In this document: positions 1 through 12,392 of the stretch, in pieces
Position numbering within the stretch: position 1 is the first letter of the stretch
Layout: each line of letters opens with the position of its first letter
Source of the DNA: Squalus acanthias
Lineage: Eukaryota
Reading direction: 5' to 3'
Assembly: GCA_030390025.1 (NCBI GenBank)
Contig: CM059427.1
Coordinates: forward strand, 179,180,001 to 179,244,000
Length of the DNA: 64,000 bases
Notes under the pieces: generated by a model
Databases searched by the model: none
What the model was told of the DNA's origin: nothing
What the model saw: the letters and a program-made list of their open reading frames with translations, nothing else
Made by a program: the position numbers and the translations under genes

Positions 1-1872
1 GAACCAGTTATATTATTGACTGTTTTTTTGTGTTTATTTCTATGAGTTTGTCATGAGGAATTGACACACACAGAGTTTGTACAATAAATAAGTTTCTGTA
101 TTCAAAATATACATGGCTGGTGGTTGGAATTATTGGTGCCTTGGCCGGCTTAGGGGTTGCGTGCTGGGTTGATTCGTGTTTGTAGCACTGGCAGGGGCCC
201 TAGAAGCGGCTTGCTATTAGTCGTTGACGGACGGCCCTTGCAGTTTGACCATTGTGGGCCGCCCTCCTGCCTTGGTGCTGCTGCTGATCATCGTCCTCGG
301 CCTGTTCCTCCTCTTCCTCCTCCTCCTCTTGTGGTGCTGCAAGGCCTGGTGGCATTGGCTGCGTCCTGAGGATTGCCATGTTGTGCAACATGCAGCACAC
401 CACTACGAATTTGGAAACTTGCTCAGGCGAGTACTGCAGGGCTCCTCCGGAATGGTCCAGACAGCGGAATCGTTGTTTGAGCACGCCGATTGTGCGCTCA
501 ATAATGTTCCTCGTTGCTTGTTGGCTTTCCTGGTACCGCAGCTCAGCAGGGGTGTTTGGCGCACGGAGCGGTGTCATCAGCCAGGTGCTCAATGCGTACC
601 CCTTGTCCCCCAGAAGCCAACCGACTGGCTGATGCGGTGCCTCGAAAATTTCTGCCACAGTACTCTGGCGCAGGATGAAAGCATCGTGGCAGCTGCCCGG
701 ATAGTGGGCATTGACAGCGAGAATCACCTGTCTGTGGTCACAGACCAACTGCACATTCAAGGAATGGAACCCCTTTCTGTTCCGGAACTCCTCTGCATTC
801 TCTCGCGGAGCACGCAAAGCCACATGCGTGCAGTCAATGGCGCCCTGCACCATGGGGAAGCCCGCTACCCTCGCAAAGCCCATAGCACGGTCATGCTGCT
901 TGTCTGGGGTCATAGGGAAGGAGATGAAGTCTCGTCTCCTTGTGAAGAGGGCATTGGTGACCTGCCGGATGCAGCGATGCACCGCAAACTGGGAGATATT
1001 GGCGAGGTCCCCAACAGCAGCTTGGAATGAGCCAGTGGCGTAGAAGTTCAAGGCCACTGTGACCTTCACTGCCACCGACAGAGACGTCCTGGACCTCAGC
1101 TGAGGCTGCAGATCTGGCTGCAGCAGGTGGCAGAGCTCAGTGACCACCTCCTTGCTGAATCGCAGCCTTCGCAAACACAGCTCCTCGGACATGTGGATGT
1201 AGGAGAGCTGTTCACGATATACCCTGGGAGGGTAAGCTCTCCTGTACATGCGCCTGATGGGCCTCCTCCGTCTGGCCATCATTGCCACTCTCTGTCTGCG
1301 TCTCACTCTGCTCCGATTGAGCTGGAGCAGGACGACGCCCCCAATCATTGCAGCCCCCATCTTCTCTTTGCCAGAAAAGTAATGAGGTACAGCAACGAAA
1401 GTAGCAGCAAAGTTAGGATGAACTAGGCAAAACTACCTCACAAAGCGTTGAGTCAATGTAGAAGTCTCTCTCTCTCTCTCTCCGAATCTCTCTCTCTCTC
1501 TCAGAACGAGTGGTGCATAAATGTCGACCACAGAAAAAGACAGGAAGAGGCCCCCTTTAAATAGCGCCCCCCCCAGCCCCAGACCGATTGATAACGTTCC
1601 AGTCTTCCGGTCGTTGGAAGCGCCAGGCGGTAAGGCAGGGGGCGCCACTCAATTTCCGCTCCGGGGCGCCCCAAGGGCGTTGCACCACGGACTGACGTCA
1701 CAATCTGCGCGCGCAGGTGGTCGCAGCGGTAAGTTTTAGCGCTGCCGCACAATCTCAAGTTAAGTTCTCGAGCGGCGCAAACAGCGCTGCGCCCGGGCGT
1801 TAGCGCCTTAACGCCCCATTAGCGCCCATTTAAGGCGCTAACGGGAGGCGCAACCAACTGAATTTTTACCCC
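1..1872 (-). mobile_element. Autonomous-type Harbinger DNA transposon; other end lies left of the window
   Basis: Transposase ORF plus CpG-rich subterminal region ending AACTGAATTTTTACCCC (TIR GGGGTAAAAATT on minus) at 1872, abutting CR1 ORF2. Confidence 0.85.
200..1360 (-). CDS. PIF/Harbinger DDE transposase (HARBI1-like, DDE_Tnp_4), apparently intact, 386 aa
   Basis: Motifs GAIDCTHV (D), FRNRKGFHSLNVQLVCD, YPGSCHDAFIL, LLGDKGY (D), RNIIERTIGVLKQRFRCL (E), CCMLHN, acidic E-rich tail; no stops or frameshifts. Confidence 0.93.
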   Translation of the reverse strand: MGAAMIGGVVLLQLNRSRVRRRQRVAMMARRRRPIRRMYRRAYPPRVYREQLSYIHMSEELCLRRLRFSKEVVTELCHLLQPDLQPQLRSRTSLSVAVKVTVALNFYATGSFQAAVGDLANISQFAVHRCIRQVTNALFTRRRDFISFPMTPDKQHDRAMGFARVAGFPMVQGAIDCTHVALRAPRENAEEFRNRKGFHSLNVQLVCDHRQVILAVNAHYPGSCHDAFILRQSTVAEIFEAPHQPVGWLLGDKGYALSTWLMTPLRAPNTPAELRYQESQQATRNIIERTIGVLKQRFRCLDHSGGALQYSPEQVSKFVVVCCMLHNMAILRTQPMPPGLAAPQEEEEEEEEQAEDDDQQQHQGRRAAHNGQTARAVRQRLIASRF

Positions 1873-1875
1873 TTG

Positions 1876-4800
1876 GTGTCTTAATGCGAGAAGCATTCAT
1901 AATAAGGTGGATGAATTAGCTGCGCAAATAGATGTAAACGGATATGATATAATTGGGATTACGGAGACATGGCTCCAGGGTGACCAAGGCTGGGAATTCA
2001 ACATCCAGGGGTATTCAATATTCAAGAAGGACAGGCAAAAAGGAAAAGGAGGTGGGTAGCATTGCTGGTTAAAGAGGAGATTAACACAATAGTAAGGAAG
2101 GATATTAGCTCTGATGATGTGGAATTTGTATGGGTAGAGCTGAGAAATGCCAAGGGGCAGAAAACGTTAGTGGGAGTTGTATGCAGACCCCCAAACAGTA
2201 ATGCTGAGGTTGGGGATGGCATTAAATGGGAAATTAGAGATGCGTGCAATAAGGGCACAGCAGTTATCATGGGTGACTTTAATCTACATATAGATTGGGC
2301 TAACCAAATTAGTAACAATACTGTGCAAGAGGAATTCCGAGAGTGTATACGGGATGGTTTCCTGGACCAATATGTCGAGGAACCAACTAGAGATCAGGCC
2401 ATCTTAGACTGGGTATTATGTAATGAGAAAGGATTATTTAGCAATCTTGTTATGCGAGGCCCCTTGGGGAGGAGCGATCATAATATGATAGAATTCTTCA
2501 TTAAGATGGAGAGTGAAGTAGTAGTTGACTCAGAGACTAGGGTACTGAATTTAAATAAAGGAAACTACAATGGTATGAGGTGTGAGTTGGCTAGGATGGG
2601 TTGGGGAATGTTACTTAAAGGGTTGACGGTGGATAGGCAATGGCAAACATTTAAAGATCGCATGGATGAACTACAGAATTTGTTCATCCCTGTTTGGCAT
2701 AAAAATAAAACAAAAAAGGTGACTCAACCGAGGCTAACAAGGGAAATTAGGGATAGCATAAGATCCAAGGAGAGCACATATAAATTGGCCAGAAAAAGCA
2801 GTAAACCTGAGAATTGGGAGCAGTTTAGGATTCAGCAAAGGAGGACAAAGGGATTAATTAAGAGGGGGGAAATAGAGTATGAGAGTAAGCTTTCAGGGAA
2901 CATAAAAACTGACTGTAAAAGCTTCTATAGATATGTGAAGAGAAAAAGATTGGTGAAGTCAAGCGTAGGTCCCTTGCAGTCAGAATCAGGGGAATTTATA
3001 ATGGGGAACAAAGAAATGTCAGGGCAATTAAATACATACTTTGGTTCTGTTTTCACAAAGGAGGACACAAATAAACTCCCAGAGATGTCGGGGAACATAG
3101 GGTCTAATGAGAGGGAGGAACTGAATGAAATCAGTATTTGTAGGGAAATGGTGTTAGGGAAATTGATGGGATTGAAGGCCAATAAATCCCCAGGGCCTGA
3201 TAATCTACATCCTAGGGTACTTAAGGAAGTGGCCCTAGAAATAGTAGATGCATTGCTGGTCATCTTCCAAAATTCTATAGACTCTGGAACAGTTCCCATG
3301 GATTGGAGGGTAGCTAATGTAACCCCATTATTTAAAAAAGGTGGTAGAGAGAAAACGGGGAATTAGAGCCTGACATGGGGAAAATGCTAGAGTCCATTAT
3401 AAAAGATGTAATAGCAGAGCACTTGGAAAACAGTGACAGGATCGGACAAAGTCAACATGGATTTACAAAAGGTAAATCATGCTTGACTAATCTACTGGAA
3501 TTTTTTGAGGATGTAACTGATCGAATAGATAAGGGAGAATCAGTGGATGTGGTGTATTTGGACTTTCAGAAGGCTTTCGATAAGGTCCCGCATAAGAGAT
3601 TGGCGTGCAAATTTAAAGCACATGGGATTGGGGGTAAGGTACTGACTTGGATAGAAAACTGGTTGGCAGACAGGAAGCAAAGAGTTGGAATAAACGGGTC
3701 TTTTTCCGAGTGGCAGGCAGTGACTAGCGGGGTACCACAGGGATCGGTGCTAGGACCCCAGTTATTCACAATATATATTAATGATCTAGACGAGGGAACT
3801 AGATGTAATATCTCCAAGTTTGCAGATGACACAAAGCTGGGTGAGCGTGTGTGCTGTGAGGAGGATGCAGAGAAACTCCATTATGATTTGGACAGGTTGG
3901 GTGATTGGGCAGATGCATGGCAGATGCAGTATAATGGCCCAAAAATTAGTGAGGGAGCCTTCGTGCGAGGGTAAGGCTTCCCCGCGATCTCTCACTGCGC
4001 GCTGGCTTTTTCATTCCCAGCTCGCACGAACTTGATATTCTGGACAGCAGCTGTGCAGGGCTTCCGTATCCCACAGGCGCAGTTAATTCGTGCGAGCTGT
4101 GGGATCACGTGACTCAGTTAGAGCCAATGGCAGCACACCATCTTTCATTCATAGCTTTCACAACAAGTGCTGTGAAAGCTATGAATCTATACCCCCTCAA
4201 AAGAACAGCTAAACCTCAATTAAATTAAAAAAAAAAAATCACATTAATAAAATAAGTATAGTTAAATAAATTAACCATTTTAAACAAAAAATTAAATTTT
4301 TGAAAAAATTTAAAATCTTTTAAAAAGTTATAAAAATAAACTTACCTTTCTTTAAAGTCTCTAAAAAAGATATACCTGTTGAAAAAAATTCAAAATAATA
4401 CTTAATTAACTACTTACCTTGTTAAAAGAGGGTCTTACGCCTCCTTTCTTTATGTGCAAAATCTTCCATACTTACCTGCGCGTTCAAAGCACTAAGTGCA
4501 CTGCGTGCGCGCAGCCTGTAGCGCGCACGCGGTTCACCTAGGAACCGCCCCCTTTTGAAATCACCAAGTGTCGGTTTTCAGCGCATGCGCAGTGCATGCA
4601 GAAAACCGGCAATTGGAGACAGAATACGTGAGAGTACACAGTGCGTACTCTCGCGTAGCAACACTAATTTTTGGGCCAATGTGGATAAATGCGAGGTTAT
4701 CCACTTTGGTGGCAAAAACAAGAAGGCAGATTATTATCTGAATGACAATAGATTGGGAAAAAGGGAAGTGCAATGAGACCTGGGTGTCCTTGTGCACCAG

Positions 4801-5495
4801 TCGCTGAAGGTAAGCATGCAGGTGCAGCAGGCGGTTAAGAAGGCAAATGGTATGTTGGCCTTCATAGCGAGAGGGTTCGAGTACAGGAGCAAGGATGTCT
4901 TGCTGCAGTTGTACAGGGCCTTGGTGAGACCATACCTTGAGTATTGTGTGCAGTTTTGGTCGCCTTATCTGAGGAAGGATGTTCTTGCCATGGAGGGAGT
5001 GCAGCGAAGAATCACCAGACTGATACCTGGGATGGCAGGAATGACGTATGAGGAGAGATTGGGTCGATTAGGCTTATACTCGCTAGAGTTTAGAAGAATG
5101 AGAGGGGATCTCATTGAAATTTATAAAATTCTAACAGGACTAGACAGACTAGATGCAGGAAGGCTGTTCCCGATGGCAGGGGAGTCCAGAACCAGGGGTC
5201 ACAGTCTAAGGATAAGGGGTAAGCCATTTAGGACTGAGATGAGGAGGAATTTCTTCACCCAGAGAGTGGTGAACCTGTGGAATTCTCTACCACAGAAGGT
5301 AGTTGAGGCCAATTCATTAAATATATTCAAGAAGGAGTTAGATATATTTCTTAAGGCTAAGGGGATCAAGGGATATTGGGAGAAAGCAGGGACAGGGTAC
5401 TGAATTTGGATGATCAGCCATGATCGCATTGAATGGCGGAGCAGGCTCGAGGGGCCGAATGGCCTACTCCTGCTCCTATCTTCTATGTTTCTATG
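1876..5495 (+). mobile_element. CR1 LINE: nearly complete ORF2 (APE endonuclease + RT) and 3' UTR, disrupted
   Basis: CLNARSI, GITETW, MGDFN, SDHN, LDFQKAFDKVPH, GVPQGSVLGP, FADDTK; frameshift near 2055, small deletion/stop near 3365, MITE at 3936; tail ttctatgtttctatg. Confidence 0.95.
3936..4677. mobile_element. Harbinger-type MITE inserted in the CR1 RT
   Basis: Perfect 16-bp TIR GGCCCAAAAATTAGTG/CACTAATTTTTGGGCC, AAT TSD (3933-35, 4678-80); removal restores WQMQYN-VDKCEVIHFG. Confidence 0.93.
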
Positions 5496-5685
5496 GCCCA
5501 CGTGATCCCAGGGGACGCTTCAAACTAACTGCGCCCCTGGGATATGCAAGCACTGCACACCGGCAGCTGGAGGAGGCCCAGGATAGGAATCCCACGCGGG
5601 CCCACAGCACAACAGCAGGCGCGCTAGGTAAGTGCAGGTTGGGGGCTTGCACCCGCGGGAACCCCCCGACCTGAATTTCTGGCCC
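5495..5685. mobile_element. Short Harbinger-like MITE at the CR1 tail
   Basis: Starts GGCCC, ends GAATTTCTGGCCC; GC/CpG-rich; imperfect TIR. Confidence 0.5.
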
Positions 5686-8379
5686 AATGTAATATTCTGC
5701 TGGTGAGGTGGATCTGTGTTTTTTTCAGACCACATAGTGTAACTGTTAAGTAAACAGAGACTAAGGTAATTCAGAGTTCAATTGTTGTTTGATCAGGAGG
5801 ATTTCAGGAACCAGCTCAGAAGCATATAGCATCGCAATATTTTTTTGCATTCACAAGAAAGTTCAATGCCTGAAGTGTGATGCTTGCGCACCTTTTTACA
5901 CATACTAGTTCATCTTCAATGGTGGTGCATATGGGAAATGAGTGACCATTGTTTTATAAGTAACTGGATCTTCTGATGCATGCTCATGGAAGTTAGACAG
6001 TATGTTGTTTGGAGGAGGGGTGCTGGCTTTGTAAGTATTTGAAGGGGGAAGTCAGCAGTTGGAGGTGGGAAGTAGAGAGGATTTGGAAGATAGTGGGTAC
6101 TTGGGATAGGGTATTAAAGGGAATGTTAGTAATTATGAAAGGAGTAGCTAGTACTGAGGTGGGGGCGGCGGCGGGCACGGGTGGCAGTAGGGAAGATATG
6201 GGCAGTGGTCGTTACCTAGCCACTTCCTTTGCTTTTGATTCATATGTTACCTACCTCTTCAATGCAGATTTCCTGCTGTTTTACTTTGAGCCAAACAAGG
6301 AAGCAAATATATAAATGAAAACTTATAGGCTGTTTTTATCTTGGCTGGCAGCACAAATTAGGCGATAGCAAATCGGCTGCCCGTATTACACACGCCCAAT
6401 TTTCTTTCCCATCAAAGTCATTCAGCAGTATTATTTCTCCTCCCTCGCCTGGGAATACCGAAACCATTTGAGGCCTTGGCCGAATTAGCAGAGGTTGAGG
6501 ATTGAATGTTTGACCTAGCTCATCCATATGGCTCATATGGGAATGTTCAGATTGTGCTTGCTTGGAAGAAAAATCCCCAGCTTATAAAAGAACACCTTTT
6601 TGTGCAAATTGCAAGAGTGTGTACATTGCAGTGGTTTCACTTGGAAGGATTAAAAATAAACCTAACTCCGTAACTGTTAGACGAAGGCTCTGTAGTCAGA
6701 CATACTTAGCATATAAATCATTAATAGGATTGCTCCTGGAAGAATGGTTCCATAAAATGCAGTGTAACTTTTTGTAGCTTTAATTAAATTGTACCTTAAT
6801 ATGCTCATGACTCAAACAGTAAACTCAAACATCGGCGTTGGTTGTACATCCTACAGAAATGCTTAAAATATTCATTTTAAAAAGGTACAAAGCAATTTCT
6901 CTGGGACCCAATTAAAATGGGTGACACTTGATTGTGCAGAACCAGCTGTCACCTTTGTTCCCTAATATTTATTTTTAATTTGTTGGAATTACTCGACAAT
7001 GTACTTGCATTAAGGCTTTGAGATTTCATTTCACCGCCTTCTATAAATGCCCAAGAGTTGCATTTATTTTCAGCATATTGTAGACTGGTTACACTTCAAT
7101 TTTTAATTCATACACGAGTCATAATTCAGTCAGGACATACACATTTTCATAGGTGAGATCAGTTTCGGGAAGACAATATCTGAGGGGACACATCACTGAC
7201 TTTAGTGTGGGAGTGGGAGGGAAAAGAAGGGGAAATGTTCAGCTCTGCAAGGCTCTGCAGTGATATTTGAGAGTGGGGGAAATATGATGACAACTTATTT
7301 GAAACTACATGACATTTTAAATGCATCTAAGCATGGGTCTCTGAAAATCAGGACACAGCTGGGTGAAGTCAGAACCAGAGGTCGTCTTACAACAAAACAC
7401 AAATCTTAACAGCTGGCGGAAGTGTATTTGTTCAAAGATAAATGGAAGAGCCTGGGTACGGTAGGAAAACCTACTGAGTGGCGCTTTATTATTTTTTTTA
7501 ATCTTCATGGAGTTCCCGTGGCAACGTGGTTTAGTTAGAGACAAAGGCAGACGTTTTGCAAATTTGACCTGGTGGTTGCTGGGAACAAAGAAGGGCTTGG
7601 AGGCATTATTCTGGAGTATCAACAAGCAGGTCAGATTCCTTGTGGCTAAATGCATGCTACGGCATCCATGCTTTTACGTTTTTACTTGTTGATGCAAGGT
7701 AAGTAGTGCCCAGTGACAGCACTAGGTAGGAGGAAGTTGTCTCTTGGTGCCAGGAGTGAGCGTGCCTGTCTCTTGACTTTAGTTCATTACTCTTCTTTCT
7801 CCATCATTTTGTTCAACTCTTCTGATGAAGTGTTTGTTTACCTGAACATTAACCTATCTTTTCTTTTTTCAGCTGTTGACAGATCTGCTGTACATTTTCC
7901 GGTATTTTCTATTTTCCCCCCAAAATCCAGATTTCTTTTTATCTGCTCCAACACAAGGCGGATAGAGGCTTTGTAGGAAATCAAGTTACTAACAATGACA
8001 AGTAGGCTTACAATTTCTTGAGGATACCCACTTTCATCCACCTTCACTCTTTGTTTGCCCCATATTAGATCAGATGTGATGATCACACAAAAGAGCAGAA
8101 TGTTTGTAACTAAAGAGAGTTTGCATTCTTTATGGAAGATGGCTGGTCAATCTTTCTCAACAGTTATTGTCATCCTATTTTCAGCCCTGAAGATAACATG
8201 CCACTGTTTTTTGCTTCTGTTCAAATTTTTTTAATCTCCCCGCAATGATGTGGTCAGGAACTCTTTTTTTAGATGGGGATTAACTGCTCTGTAGAAAATG
8301 GTGTCACAGCTAACATCAATTTGATGACATCCACCAGGTCATTGAAGAAGACATAAAACAGAACAGAAACAAGAACTTT

Positions 8380-8680
8380 TCTCTGAGTGATACTTGCACA
8401 GATGCAATAAGAATATTGATGTAATAAGATGGTGAATGCTCATTTATCATGATCAAAATACTTGAGACTTTGATGAGAGAAAGCATAAGAGATCATCTGG
8501 AATGACAGGGGCTGATTCGAAAGAACCAGCATAAATTAAGAAGAGGGCAGATTGTGTCTGACCAATTTCTGGTGGGTAAAGCTTAGTCAGTGGATAATAT
8601 CTAACTGGAATTCAAAAAAGCACAGGGCAGAGTCCCATATAACAGACTGATTCACAAGGTGTGTGCCCTGGGGTAGATGT
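8380..8680 (+). mobile_element. Old CR1 RT relic
   Basis: Decayed match to the QHGF..CLTN..VD.YLDFQKAFDKVPH coding region of the CR1 at 3440-3630. Confidence 0.5.
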
Positions 8681-8699
8681 TGGATTGTCATACAAATAC

Positions 8700-8902
8700 A
8701 CAACTGGTTCGCTAATGTCCTTTAGAGAAGGAAACCTGTCGTCCTTATCCGGTCTGGCTCATATGTGACTACAGTTCCACACCAACATGGTTGACTCTTA
8801 ACTGCCCTCTGAAGTCATTCAGTTGCATTAAAATTCTCAAGGGCAGCTAGGGATGGGCAATAAATTCTGGCTATGCCAGTGACACCCACACGAATAAAAA
8901 CA
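8700..8902 (+). mobile_element. SINE-like fragment ending in the LINE family B 3' tail
   Basis: Ends aagggcagctagggatgggcaataaa..cacccac as at 59440-59490, but upstream body differs from the LINE. Confidence 0.55.
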
Positions 8903-9049
8903 AAGGGTCGGCTAGATCGATGCAAAACATTACATAGTTACAATGACCTAATGTTTGCAGCATTTGAGGAAGATAAGAATCCAGTTCTGCCACTGACCAG
9001 TTATGTAATAATAGCTGACTTCACGATGAGGCCTCGATACTATATTCTA

Positions 9050-9545
9050 TCAAAGGCTCTGGAAATGTTGGCGGCTATGAAAACTCCAACTTGTCCAAAA
9101 CACGATCATCCATATCCTGTCCTATTCACAAATCACCCCTGTCCTTGATGACCTCCATTCATTCTGCATCCTTCAACACAATGATTTCAAAATACTTGCC
9201 CTCATTTACAAATCTGTCTCACTCTACCCCGTAAACCCCTCCAGCCTTTTGTTCTAACCTTGCATCCTCCAGTCTTCTGATGCTGACCTCCTGTGCATTG
9301 CCCTCTCTGCACCCCACCATCAGCAGCGGAGACCTTTAGCCATCTCTACTCTAGTCTCAGGAAGTTTCTCCCCTGAACCCTCTGCCTTGCTAACTTTCTG
9401 CCCAACTTTACAAAACCTAGGTATTCAGCCATATCTTGGTTACTTCCCAATGCTCTTCTGCTTGGCCTCTGTCTCTGCTCTGGGAAGCATCATGGGTTGT
9501 TCACTATATTGAAGGCATCATGTTAAAGGCAAGCTGTTGTTGGCT
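9050..9545 (+). mobile_element. Decayed L2 3' end
   Basis: Similar to 45680-46140; ends gcaagctgttgttg. Confidence 0.5.
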
Positions 9546-10139
9546 ACAACTCTAACTTCATGATGGGAACCAAAAAAATGAACCCCATTTCTGCACAATG
9601 AGATGTGTGCCCTTGATCAGTAAAGATAGTCATTGCCTACAGTCTTGAGGTAGACAGTGAACCATTAATCATTTGAATAACAGCACATTCAGGACAAATT
9701 CGTGTGAAACAAATCCAAAGATTTATCTTAACAAAACATATGAATGGCAAAAAAATTACTCTATAAATGATTGGGCGGGGGCTTGTGGATCACCAAATAC
9801 AATTTCCACATATCAAACAAAAAGAACGCACATGACCAAGAATTCTAAGTGACTTTTCACTCCTGGGTAGCTCATTCACCTTTCGCACCTGTCACTCATG
9901 TGTTTCCCCCCAACTATAATTAAAATAAAAAGTAGTGATTCTGCTCTGGGTGTACATCTTTCTAGTGATGGATGGTGGAATCAAAACACTGCAGAGCCAC
10001 ATATCCAAGAACTGATGTTCCACTCTGATACTATGAAAAGAGTGAGAGTTGACCAAGTTCAGTAGCCTACGAAAACAATTTTTAAAAAAAGCTGATGAAA
10101 TGTTAATTTTCTTCCACTTGTGCACGTGTAATAAATAAC

Positions 10140-11418
10140 GGGCCCGATTTTGCGATCAGCGGCAAATGAACGGCGCCACTTGCACTTGCCTATCGATTTT
10201 CGATGGGTTTTGCACTGGAAATTCCTGTCAGCCAACCATCAAAACAGCATGGCGCTGTGGAAGTGCAGTTTTTGTCTTGGACAAAATGGTTTCCTTGAAT
10301 TTAAACTAATAAAATGGCCGACTCTGACTTGTGTGGAAAAGGAAAAAAATCCATTGTTATGTTCTTTTCTGAAAATAACTTTAAAGTCTTAGACTATGCT
10401 GTCAGCAAAAGTCTGCCTGCACAAAAGAAAACAGGCTTAATATTGAGATAACCAAGGGCTACTAAAGTAAACAAACCAGGCGCATTGGCCTTGGTGAGAG
10501 AAGTAAACTAGATAGACTCCATTCTATAGTGATTAGCTTGTCTCATTGTAAGGCATTTCTTTCTGTATTTTTCTTAATTTTTAACTTAGCTTACCTTAAA
10601 CAACATGTCATGTGATATTATACTGTATAAGAATACTCCATTTTCTGTGATTCGGCAGTCTGTCATCATAGCTAATTGGGCTATGGTTGCAGTCTCCTTG
10701 CAAGTAAAATATAATAAAAAGCCTTCTTTGACGATATTGTTTAATCGGAAGTCAAACTTCGACAGCGCCCTCTACAGGACATCTGGGGCCTGTGTGAATG
10801 GGGAAAGCAACTGTGCATCTCCTTAACCAATCAGATTACAGAATTTATAATGAGCCGTGCAGAGTCTGAACCAGGAAGTGTCAATTAGAATATTGAATTC
10901 AATGTCAAATCAGGTACAGAAAGCAAACTAAGGAGAGGGCAAGAAAAATTGGATAAACAGAGGGAGATAAAAAAGAGACAGAAAGAAAAAGTTTACTTAC
11001 ATTTTTTAATTTTTTAAATCTCCAACAATAATTAAAATCTGAAGTAATGAGATGCCACGCTTGTAAAAGTTAATTTTCAGTGCCAGAGAAGTTTCTTGGC
11101 AGTAATTAAGACTTATCACGCCGTTAAAAGGGTACTTCGCTGGAATGGACAAGCTCTAACTTTTTCTGGCAAGTTTAGCCCGTATCTATGAGGTAAGTAC
11201 AGCAACACCACGCCGTTCAATGTATCTGAATGGTGAGTCAGATGACAAGGTACCGTTATGGCGCAGCTTTTGGAGGAGTAGGGCAACTCGGACATCAACG
11301 ACCTGATTTGCGCGTTTAAGTGCGCATGTGCAGTCGCCGGAAGTTGCTGTCCGATTTCCACATAAATAACGGTGAGTGCTGACAGCCTCTCCGTTATTTC
11401 TACCGCAAAATCCGGCCC
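10140..11418. mobile_element. Non-autonomous Harbinger-type element, same family as 51951-52484
   Basis: TIR GGGCCCGATTTTGCG / CGCAAAATCCGGCCC; internal blocks shared with the second copy. Confidence 0.8.
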
Positions 11419-12234
11419 GTTATTTTATAGTTACAAAACACAATGAAGACATGTCAGGACAGAAAATTAACACTGCTGCACCGATTTCTACTTGGCATTC
11501 CAGATATCTAGAGACTTTCTAGCTTCAGAACCCAAGATCTAACAGTGATGCAGAGTGTTTCATCTGAACAAAAACCAAGAGACTTCCAGCTTTCTTTATG
11601 AGCACTGATCTACCCTGAGAAGGAAAAAAAATGAATATTGCTGCTTTCGGTGAGCATGTCAAACCATCCTTAGTATTATCACTGTGTTTCCCGAGGGCAC
11701 AGAAAGAAAATGACCCAGTTGATTCATTTGGCAATTAACACTGCACAACGAAAAAAGGTCAGCACAGTTGTGGAGGTGGGGAGGGAGAAGAATTAAGGGG
11801 GAAAAAAATTCACATTCTGAAGAAATATCACACTTTGAATGATGAATACTTTGTGTGAAAATACAGGGCATGCCATAATTAACAGCAAGCATTCTTTCTA
11901 TCACTCCCTCAAACCATTCAGTCCTGCCAATGTCTCATTAAAAAGGCTTTCATTTCAGTGGAAACGTTTGTGTAATACTCATCAGCGATAGTCAAACACA
12001 GCCATTCCTTTAATGACTCTGTTCAAAGGAGTGAAATTATTATGTAAATCATTCACATCTCTATGCAGTACCAAAAACTTGGGACTAGATAATACTAAAA
12101 GTCTCATATGGGCAGAATGCTTCAAGAATATCAATAATATATTAACATTTTTTTGGTCCGTTTTGCCTTTTAAAACAAGTCATAGACAGAGCAGACAGGA
12201 AATAAATGGTCCCAGACTGGAGCTGACTTTCAGA

Positions 12235-12392
12235 GGGGCCGAAATTGGACTGTGCCAATAGCGCAAATGCACTCATACCAAATTGGCAACCTGTTTTACA
12301 CTGTGCCCGATTTTCATTGATGTGGTGTAAAACGGGCTGCCGATTCACTATGAGTGTGTTTCACGCTACTGGTGAAGACCAAATTCACCCCC
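12235..12392. mobile_element. Short Harbinger-type MITE
   Basis: GGGGCCGAAATTGG ... CCAAATTCACCCCC. Confidence 0.6.

Noticed and set aside
224-1030. 268-aa plus-strand ORF with hydrophobic N-terminus
   Set aside because: Antisense shadow of the transposase; the Leu run mirrors the Glu-rich tail
4468-4478. Match to the U1 snRNA 5' end
   Set aside because: Only 11 nt and no downstream U1 sequence; treated as an antisense splice donor
7317-8086. Several 60-110 aa ORFs
   Set aside because: No recognisable domain or coherent exon structure
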